NCBI GenBank assembly: GCA_965224465.1 | Contig: OZ245049.1 | Span: 1,500,001 to 1,532,000 of the forward strand | Source of the DNA: Flavobacteriaceae bacterium | GTDB taxonomy: Bacteria; Bacteroidota; Bacteroidia; Flavobacteriales; Flavobacteriaceae | DNA: 32,000 nt | Direction of reading: 5' to 3' | Shown here: piece by piece, positions 1 to 7,028 of the stretch | Layout of the letters: each line of letters starts with the position of its first letter | Position numbering within the stretch: position 1 is the first letter of the stretch | The notes under the pieces: model-generated | What the model saw: only the letters and a program-made list of their open reading frames with translations | Database searches by the model: none | Told to the model about the DNA's origin: nothing | Program-made: the position numbers and the translations under genes

Positions 1-1023
1 AGGTACAAATTTCCTGTGATTGATCCACTCATCAAACTCTCCCTTGTACTTTTTAAGAATTTTTTCAACGGCAGGAATTTCCTTTTTACGGGTTTCCAAT
101 GTGCGTTTGGTTATTTCAGATAGTTCATCCACATTTACTAAAGTCACTTGTTTGAGTTCTAACACATTCCTATCTACGTTTTCTGGCATTGCCAAATCTA
201 TAATCACCAAAGGCTTTTCCTTATTTAAGTAGGATTTATCTATGGTTGGAACACGTGCACCAGTAGCAACAATTAAAATATCTGCTTCCTTAATAGCAGC
301 TCCCAGGGAAGCTTCATCTCCTACGGTAATCCCCTCGTGATACTTTACAAATTCCTCTGCTTTCACTTTGGTTCTGTTCACTAAGTGAATGCTTCTATTA
401 TTGGTATATTCAAGTAAGTTTTTACAGGTGTTTTTACCGATTTCTCCCAAGCCATATACCACTATTTTCTGACTTTTAAGATCTGAAAAATGATTCATTA
501 AATACTGAATCGCAGCATAAGAAACCGAAGTTGTTCCAGTACTCAAATTGGTTTTATTTTTCACCTCTTTGCTAGCTTGAAGTACACTATTCATCAAGCG
601 CTCTATATACGCATTGGTCGTCCCTTGCTCTTTTGCTTGCTGATATGCCTGTTTTAGCTGACCAACAATTTCATAATCGCCTAAAATTTGACTTTCCAAA
701 CCTGTACCAATATTAAACAAATGCCTTACAGCCTCGTTGTTTTTAGTCACACTAGATACTGTAATAAAATCTTCTACATTTCCGTTTGAATATTTCACCA
801 TCAAACTAATTAACTCAAAAGGATGCTTTGCAAATCCTGTAATTTCTGTTCTGTTACACGTAGACATCACAATAATTCCATTAATCCCTTTGTCTTTAGC
901 CTCTTGCAAAAGCAAAATTTGATTCTCTTTAGAGATACTAAAAGCACCACGCATTTTAACATCTGCTTTTTTATAACTTAATCCAACATTATAAAATTTT
1001 GTTGGTAATTTTTCGGAGCTCAT
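1..1023 (-). CDS. hemA: glutamyl-tRNA reductase, partial (C-terminus lies beyond the window start)
   Basis: The minus strand is open from ATG (1023-1021) to position 1 and is not in the ORF track because it has no stop. Own translation: MSSEKLPTKFYNVGLSYKKADVKMRGAFSI...MSTCNRTEI...GLESQILGDYEIVGQLK...VVYGLGEIGK. The catalytic Cys in STCNR(T/V)E and the NADPH Rossmann GxGxxG are typical of HemA. Confidence 0.85.
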   Translation of the reverse strand, partial: MSSEKLPTKFYNVGLSYKKADVKMRGAFSISKENQILLLQEAKDKGINGIIVMSTCNRTEITGFAKHPFELISLMVKYSNGNVEDFITVSSVTKNNEAVRHLFNIGTGLESQILGDYEIVGQLKQAYQQAKEQGTTNAYIERLMNSVLQASKEVKNKTNLSTGTTSVSYAAIQYLMNHFSDLKSQKIVVYGLGEIGKNTCKNLLEYTNNRSIHLVNRTKVKAEEFVKYHEGITVGDEASLGAAIKEADILIVATGARVPTIDKSYLNKEKPLVIIDLAMPENVDRNVLELKQVTLVNVDELSEITKRTLETRKKEIPAVEKILKKYKGEFDEWINHRKFVP

Positions 1024-1048
1024 ACGGTATTCTATTAATAAGTGTCGA

Positions 1049-1056
1049 CAAAAGTA
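1049..1056 (-). promoter_or_regulatory. candidate Bacteroidota -7 box (TActTTTG) for hemA
   Basis: The minus strand reads TACTTTTG, a perfect TAnnTTTG, about 25 nt upstream of the hemA ATG. A second match, TATATTTG, lies immediately upstream (1057-1064). Confidence 0.3.
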
Positions 1057-1256
1057 CAAATATAAGGTAGTTAAAAACAACGCTAAAAGGACTAATAACA
1101 TCGAGGGAGGAAATATTCGTTAATTTAGAACCATTCGAAATAACGGAACTCCCCACACAATTAACGCCTATAATCAATAAAACCACATAGTGAGCACAAT
1201 CCACAAATCATTAAAAAATAAAACTTTAATTGTTTTAATAGCATCTATAATTAATG

Positions 1257-1264
1257 TAATTTTG
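1257..1264 (+). promoter_or_regulatory. candidate -7 box (TAatTTTG) for the araC-family/hemH/hemJ unit
   Basis: Perfect TAnnTTTG match 33 nt upstream of the ATG at 1298. Confidence 0.35.
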
Positions 1265-1297
1265 CATTAAACATGACGAATATCATAAAATAAGCCT

Positions 1298-2191
1298 ATG
1301 ATACAACAAACAAATGATTACAAAAACATCGAAAAAAGCACTGTTGTTTTTTTTAAAGAAGATGCAGAGTATAAAATTCTTCGTTACCAGAACCAAACTG
1401 CAGAAACACAACATCTTTTGCACTCCTTAAACGAAAACTTTATTCATTTATATTTTTGTACTCAAGAAAATTGTGTCGTTGCGTTTAACATGGAGCATTG
1501 CGCTGTAAGCCTAAAGAAGGACACTTCTAGTATTGTTTATTTTAATGATGACAATATGAACGTATTGCATAAGCTTCCACCAAAATCTGAGTTGATAGGG
1601 ATCCTCATATCGATTTCCTATTTTCATTCTCTATTTTCTACGGATGGAAATTTCTTATTTAATTTCAGTAATTTTAATGTAGGAAAACCGATTATAGAAC
1701 AAAAAGAAACATCGGCAGGAATTAAAGTAGTCCTAAATCAATTGTTTACAAAAAAGCTCCCCGACTCTTTAAGACCTATTTATTTAAAAGGAAAGGTGTT
1801 TGAATTACTCAGTTTGTATTTCAGTTCTTCTAGTGATACCGAAGGTGAAGATTGTCCCTACATTGCCAATGAAGAAACTATAACAAAATTAAAACAAGTA
1901 AAAGATATTATTATCCAACAGATGGCAAGCCCACCTTCCTTAGAAGAACTCTCCAAGACTGTTGGATTAAATATTAAAAAATTAAAGGAAGGTTTTAAGG
2001 AATTTTATGGAGCTCCTGTTTTTACTTTTCTATTTAATTACCGCATGGAAGTTGCCAAAAAATTATTATTAGAAAACGAATTAAATGTAAACGAGATTGG
2101 CGCACAAGTTGGCTATACAACCTCAAGCCATTTTATTGCTGCTTTTAAGAAAAAACACGGAATTACTCCAAAACAATTTTCTAAACTATAA
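1298..2191 (+). CDS. AraC-family transcriptional regulator
   Basis: 297 aa. The C-terminal roughly 100 aa form the double helix-turn-helix of AraC/XylS (LEELSKTVGLNIKKLKEGFKEFYG...VNEIGAQVGYTTSSHFIAAFKKKHGITPKQF). The N-terminal domain is not recognisable. Confidence 0.85.
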   Translation: MIQQTNDYKNIEKSTVVFFKEDAEYKILRYQNQTAETQHLLHSLNENFIHLYFCTQENCVVAFNMEHCAVSLKKDTSSIVYFNDDNMNVLHKLPPKSELIGILISISYFHSLFSTDGNFLFNFSNFNVGKPIIEQKETSAGIKVVLNQLFTKKLPDSLRPIYLKGKVFELLSLYFSSSSDTEGEDCPYIANEETITKLKQVKDIIIQQMASPPSLEELSKTVGLNIKKLKEGFKEFYGAPVFTFLFNYRMEVAKKLLLENELNVNEIGAQVGYTTSSHFIAAFKKKHGITPKQFSKL

Positions 2192-2198
2192 TTACTGA

Positions 2199-3209
2199 AT
2201 GAAAGGAATATTACTTATTAATTTAGGCTCACCTGAGAGTCCAAAAGTAACAGATGTAAGAAAATACTTAACAGAATTTTTGACTGATAAGTATGTAATA
2301 GATATGCCGTATTTATTGCGCCAATTTTTAGTGAGAGGAGTGATCATACCTAAACGTGTAAAAAACTCTGCGAAACTATATGCATCTATCTGGACAAAAG
2401 AAGGCTCACCTTTAATAGTACATTCAAAAATGTTAAGGGATAAAATTCGTTTAAAATCGGAACGTCACGTAGCTTTAGGCATGCGCTACGGAAAACCTTC
2501 TATTAAAGATGCCGTTAAAGACCTTAAGGAAAAAGGTGTTAACGAAATCACCGTACTTCCTCTCTATCCGCAATATGCTATGAGTACGACACAAACAGTC
2601 CTAGAAAAACTATACGAAGTGGTAAATGAGGAAGCAAAAAACATCAAAATAAAAGAAATAGATCCTTTTTACAACAACAATCAATACATAAATATCCTCA
2701 CCGAAAGTATTGAAAAATCTATTGACCTAGAAAAAATTGATCATTTATTATTCTCGTTCCATGGAATTCCAGAGCGACATATAAAAAAAACAGACCCTAC
2801 AAAATCGCATTGTAAAATAGACGGATCCTGCTGTAATACCGCTTCTAAAGCACATAAAATGTGTTACAGGCACCAGTGTTTTGAAACGGCTCGTTTGGTT
2901 GCCGAAAAATTAAAACTGAAAGAACAGTTTTACAGTGTAGCTTTTCAATCTAGATTAGGAAAAGACCCTTGGTTACAACCCTACACCAGCGCTACAATAA
3001 AAGAATTCCCAAGTAAAGGCATCAAAAAAATTGGAGTGATTACTCCTGCTTTTGTAAGCGATTGTTTAGAAACCATCGAAGAGATAGGTATGGAAGCCAA
3101 AGAAGATTTCTTAGAAGCTGGCGGAACATCCTTCCATAGAATCCCCTGCCTAAACAGCGATAATGACTGGGCAGATTTAATTGTTAATTGGGTTTTAAAC
3201 GCAAAATAA
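2199..3209 (+). CDS. hemH: ferrochelatase
   Basis: 336 aa. MKGILLINLGSPESP...VRKYLTEFLTD...LPLYPQYAMSTT...FSFHGIPERH are canonical ferrochelatase blocks. Starts 7 nt after the AraC stop. Confidence 0.92.
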   Translation: MKGILLINLGSPESPKVTDVRKYLTEFLTDKYVIDMPYLLRQFLVRGVIIPKRVKNSAKLYASIWTKEGSPLIVHSKMLRDKIRLKSERHVALGMRYGKPSIKDAVKDLKEKGVNEITVLPLYPQYAMSTTQTVLEKLYEVVNEEAKNIKIKEIDPFYNNNQYINILTESIEKSIDLEKIDHLLFSFHGIPERHIKKTDPTKSHCKIDGSCCNTASKAHKMCYRHQCFETARLVAEKLKLKEQFYSVAFQSRLGKDPWLQPYTSATIKEFPSKGIKKIGVITPAFVSDCLETIEEIGMEAKEDFLEAGGTSFHRIPCLNSDNDWADLIVNWVLNAK

Positions 3210-3210
3210 A

Positions 3211-3759
3211 ATGGCATATTCATACATAAAAGCACTTCACCTAATATTTGTAATCACTTGGTTTTCAGGTCTATTCTATATCATTCGCTTGTTTATCTAT
3301 TTTAAGGAAGCTGAAGAAAAACCTAGCCTAGAAAAAAATATTTTACAAAAACAATACACTTTAATGAGTAAACGCTTGTGGTATATTATCACATGGCCTT
3401 CTGCCGTACTAACCACCTTGTTTGCGATCCTTTTACTATATCTAAACCCAGGATGGCTAACACAATCTTGGATGCATATAAAACTTGTTTTTGTCCTTGT
3501 ATTATTTGCCTATCATGCTTCCTGTCAATATTTATTAAATCAATTGATAAAAGGAACACTTAACTACTCTGGTTTTGCATTAAGAATTTGGAATGAAGTT
3601 GCTACGATCATCTTATTCTCTGTTGTTTTTTTAGTGGTTTTAAAAAACAGTATTGGATGGGTATTTGGAGTTGTAGGAATTTTAAGTGTCTCTATTTTAT
3701 TAATGCTAGGCATTAAACTTTATAAAAACATTCGTAAAAAAAATAGTTGGGATAAATAA
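3211..3759 (+). CDS. hemJ: HemJ-type protoporphyrinogen IX oxidase (CopD/UPF0093 family membrane protein)
   Basis: 182 aa with several TM segments. N-terminus YIKALHLIFVITWFSGLFYIIRLF plus internal WMHIKL...AYH are typical of HemJ. Starts 1 nt after the hemH stop. Confidence 0.8.
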   Translation: MAYSYIKALHLIFVITWFSGLFYIIRLFIYFKEAEEKPSLEKNILQKQYTLMSKRLWYIITWPSAVLTTLFAILLLYLNPGWLTQSWMHIKLVFVLVLFAYHASCQYLLNQLIKGTLNYSGFALRIWNEVATIILFSVVFLVVLKNSIGWVFGVVGILSVSILLMLGIKLYKNIRKKNSWDK

Positions 3760-3909
3760 ACCAGTACCCACACTTTGTCTCACTCCTGTAAACAAAAACC
3801 CAATAACGTTCATAACAAACTTTTAGCTGTTATTTGTTAAAAACAAATTAAACGAGTCACGATCTATTTTGATCTAGACAAAAGGATGCAAATCCGAAAC
3901 AGCTCTGAA

Positions 3910-4062
3910 CACGAATTAAATTTCCAAGTGACGGTTTAGAAATGGAATTATTTTTTTGTTTTAGTTAAGTGGAAAATCTAAGGATAGCCTTCTATCGTTC
4001 TATTTTTCAACAACCCTAGAACGTAAAACAAACTATTTATATCGGTCATTTTGGGTTTTTGA
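3910..4062. repeat. MITE-like intergenic repeat, copy A (right end degenerate)
   Basis: By-eye alignment shows high identity to 26040-26198 over most of its length (shared blocks atttccaagtgaNggtttagaaatgg, ggaaaatctaaRgatagccttc, aaactatttatatcNgtcattttgg). The left end also matches copy B at 9788. Confidence 0.6.
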
Positions 4063-4065
4063 TAT

Positions 4066-4103
4066 AACCTTATGATGTCGCATCATAAGGTTTCTTTTTT
4101 ATT
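4066..4103 (+). terminator. rho-independent terminator (probably ends the hemH-hemJ transcript, or a small RNA)
   Basis: Perfect 12-bp stem aaccttatgatg / catcataaggtt with a 3-nt loop tcg, followed by tcttttttatt. There is no A-run upstream, so it is unidirectional on the + strand. Confidence 0.7.
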
Positions 4104-4692
4104 CCTACTTGTAAAAACAGTTTCCCTTAACAAAGGCAATACGAAGCTATCTTAACTTTTGTCTTGTAAAAAATAATTCAATCTAATGATTACAACTTTA
4201 CAAAAACAAACGGGTACAAGATCGCTATTATGATCAAAACAGTGTTACTCTAAAAGATGTGCAATTATAAAAAAAATATTCTTAATTTCAGTTTTGTATT
4301 CATTTTCTTAAAGGTTCACCTTGAAGGATTATTCTGTAAAAAATTAGTTTAGGGTAATTCCTTAAAATATAATTCGGAAAACACAAATTTAATTCACCTT
4401 TCACTTTTACACAATTTTAGAGTCGCTGAAACACTACATAAAATCCACTAAAAAAAACAATTACGAAAACGTTTTCTTAAAAAACTGACATTCAAGCTAA
4501 AAGCGTCTTTTTTTTTCAAATGCAACAATCATAATATACTTCAAATAATAGCTGTATTTTTAAATAACACCTGTAAATAAATCAATATTATTGATGGTTT
4601 TTTAACAGAACTCTCTTCTCATGACTTAAATCATATTTGAAAAAAAATATAAATCATAGCTTTATACCGTAAAAACATCTAGTATTTCAATT

Positions 4693-6309
4693 ATGAAAAA
4701 ACTTCTTTTAGGAAACGAAGCTTTAGCACAGGGCGCCATAGATTCAGGACTGTCTGGTGTGTACGCTTACCCTGGGACTCCCTCTACCGAGATCACAGAG
4801 TACATTCAGAAATCCAACATTGCAAAAGAGCTAGGCATCCACAGCCAATGGTCGGTCAACGAAAAAACGGCTATGGAAGCAGCTTTAGGGATGTCTTATG
4901 CTGGAAAAAAAACGATGGTAGTAATGAAACATGTAGGTCTCAATGTAGCATCTGATGTTTTTATGAACATGTCCATTTCTGGAATAAACGGAGGGCTTGT
5001 AGTTGTTGTAGCCGATGACCCTTCCATGCATTCTTCACAAAACGAACAAGATTCTCGTTTTTACGGAAAATTCGCGATGGTTCCTATTTTAGAACCCTGT
5101 AATCAACAAGAAGCATACGACATTACTCGCTACGCTTTTTCACTATCTGAAAGATTTAAATTACCTGTTTTACTTCGTTTAGTTACCCGTTTATCACATT
5201 CAAGAGCTGTTGTCCAAACTTTTGAACGTATTGCACAAAACAAATTAAGGTTTCCGAAAAATCGCACACAGTTCCAACTCATTCCTATGAGAGCAAGAGC
5301 ATTGTATCAAGATTTATTAGACAACCAAAAAAACATACAGGAGAGCGCCACAAATTCACCCTTCAATAAATTAATAGAAGGCACGGATGTTAAGTTAGGG
5401 ATTATCGCCTCAGGAATTGCCTATAATTATGTTATGGAGAATTACCAAGACAGACCCTGCCCACATACAATTTTTAAAATTTCGGAATACCCTGTACCTA
5501 AAAAACAAATAAAACATCTAATGGATACATGTCAACAAATCATCGTATTTGAAGACGGCTATCCTTTTATAGAAGAAATGATAGGAGGTTTCTTTAACGA
5601 AGATCAAAAAATAATAGGCAGATTAACAGGGCATATAAACAGAACCGGAGAACTAAATCCTGATATCGTAGGTAAAGCCTTAGGATTTGATATAAAAAAG
5701 ACACAAGAAATTCCAGACATTGTATATGGAAGACCTCCAGAGCTGTGTACTGGCTGTGGTCATATCGATTTATTTGAATCCATTAATGCTTTAATTCCTA
5801 GTATTGGAGAACAACGTGTTTTTGGAGATATTGGCTGTTCTGCACTCGGAGTTTTACCCCCTTTTAATACCATTGATACACTCATCGAAATGGGGGCATC
5901 TGTTACCATGGCAAAAGGAGCTACAGATGCAGGTGTAAAAAATGCAATTGCTATAATTGGTGATTCTACGTTTACACATTCTGGGATGACAGGTTTGTTA
6001 GATGCCATTTATGAAAAGACTACTTTAACTGTCATTATTTCTGATAATTCTGCCATCGCGATGACTGGAGCACAGGACTCAACAGCTTTGGGAAAAATAA
6101 AGGACATCTGCTTAGGACTAGGCATAGACAAAGCGCATTTAAAAGTAATTATCCCCCTTCAGAAAAACCATGATGCGAATGTAAAAATAATTCAAAACGA
6201 ATTGAATTACAAGGGAGTCTCTGTGATCATTTCACAACGCCCTTGTGTACAAATACCATCCGAAAAAAAAGCACAAATAAGAGCCTTTTTAAAAAACTGT
6301 CAAAACTAA
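4693..6309 (+). CDS. iorA: indolepyruvate:ferredoxin oxidoreductase, alpha subunit (TPP-dependent 2-oxoacid oxidoreductase)
   Basis: 538 aa. N-terminus LLGNEALAQGAIDSGLSGVYAYPGTPSTEI; TPP-domain signature CTGCGH...GDIGC...GDSTFTHSG. It is directly followed by the small IorB-type subunit. Confidence 0.85.
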   Translation: MKKLLLGNEALAQGAIDSGLSGVYAYPGTPSTEITEYIQKSNIAKELGIHSQWSVNEKTAMEAALGMSYAGKKTMVVMKHVGLNVASDVFMNMSISGINGGLVVVVADDPSMHSSQNEQDSRFYGKFAMVPILEPCNQQEAYDITRYAFSLSERFKLPVLLRLVTRLSHSRAVVQTFERIAQNKLRFPKNRTQFQLIPMRARALYQDLLDNQKNIQESATNSPFNKLIEGTDVKLGIIASGIAYNYVMENYQDRPCPHTIFKISEYPVPKKQIKHLMDTCQQIIVFEDGYPFIEEMIGGFFNEDQKIIGRLTGHINRTGELNPDIVGKALGFDIKKTQEIPDIVYGRPPELCTGCGHIDLFESINALIPSIGEQRVFGDIGCSALGVLPPFNTIDTLIEMGASVTMAKGATDAGVKNAIAIIGDSTFTHSGMTGLLDAIYEKTTLTVIISDNSAIAMTGAQDSTALGKIKDICLGLGIDKAHLKVIIPLQKNHDANVKIIQNELNYKGVSVIISQRPCVQIPSEKKAQIRAFLKNCQN

Positions 6310-6315
6310 GTAATT

Positions 6316-6900
6316 ATGACCACAAATATAATATTAGCTGGCGTAGGAGGTCAAGGAATCCTGACCATTGCTGCCATCATAGACACTGCAGCTCTGAACA
6401 ATAATTTATTCGTAAAACAAGCAGAGGTACATGGAATGAGTCAACGAGGTGGTGCTGTACAATCCCATGTTCGTATTTCAAATAAAGAAATATATTCTGA
6501 TTTAATTCCTGAAGGCATGGCCGATCTAATTTTGTCTGTTGAGCCTATGGAATCTTTACGTTATCTTCCTTTTTTAAAAAAAGATGGTTGGTTGATTACA
6601 GATTCCAATCCATTTAATAACATTACCGACTATCCGGAAAAAGAAGCATTGTATAAAAAAATTAATACGCTGCCCAACGCTATCATAGCAAACGCTACAG
6701 GCATAGCAAAGGAATTAGGAAATTCAAAGGCTGCCAATATTGTATTGTTAGGAATTGCTTCTAATTTACTATCTTTGAGTCAAGAGAGTATTACAGATGC
6801 TATTACCACACTTTTTAGTCACAAAGGAGAACGTATTGTAAGTAAAAACATAGAAGCTTTTTTTAAAGGCAAAGAAATTGCTGCCGAGGTAGTAACGTAG
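6316..6900 (+). CDS. iorB: indolepyruvate oxidoreductase, beta subunit
   Basis: 194 aa. NIILAGVGGQGILT...AEVHGMSQRGGAV.SHVR is the gamma-type/IorB domain signature. Lies 6 nt after iorA. Confidence 0.85.
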   Translation: MTTNIILAGVGGQGILTIAAIIDTAALNNNLFVKQAEVHGMSQRGGAVQSHVRISNKEIYSDLIPEGMADLILSVEPMESLRYLPFLKKDGWLITDSNPFNNITDYPEKEALYKKINTLPNAIIANATGIAKELGNSKAANIVLLGIASNLLSLSQESITDAITTLFSHKGERIVSKNIEAFFKGKEIAAEVVT

Positions 6901-6923
6901 ATTGATTTACCCCTTTCAATTTC

Positions 6924-6958
6924 AAATACCTTGATAAACTTAAGGTATTTGATTTTAT
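6924..6958 (+). terminator. possible terminator or attenuator hairpin between iorB and the acyl-CoA synthetase gene
   Basis: 9-bp stem aaatacctt / aaggtattt with a 9-nt loop, followed by gattttat. The large loop and interrupted T-run make it weak. Confidence 0.3.
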
Positions 6959-7028
6959 ACCAATTACAATCCAAAATAACCAATATAAATAGTTTTTTTT
7001 ATATCAATCCACATCACACTTATTTCTC

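Noticed and set aside
989-1204. 71-aa minus-strand ORF overlapping the hemA start
   Set aside because: It overlaps the hemA start codon and the predicted hemA promoter boxes. It is out of frame with hemA and its sequence is unremarkable. Probably spurious.
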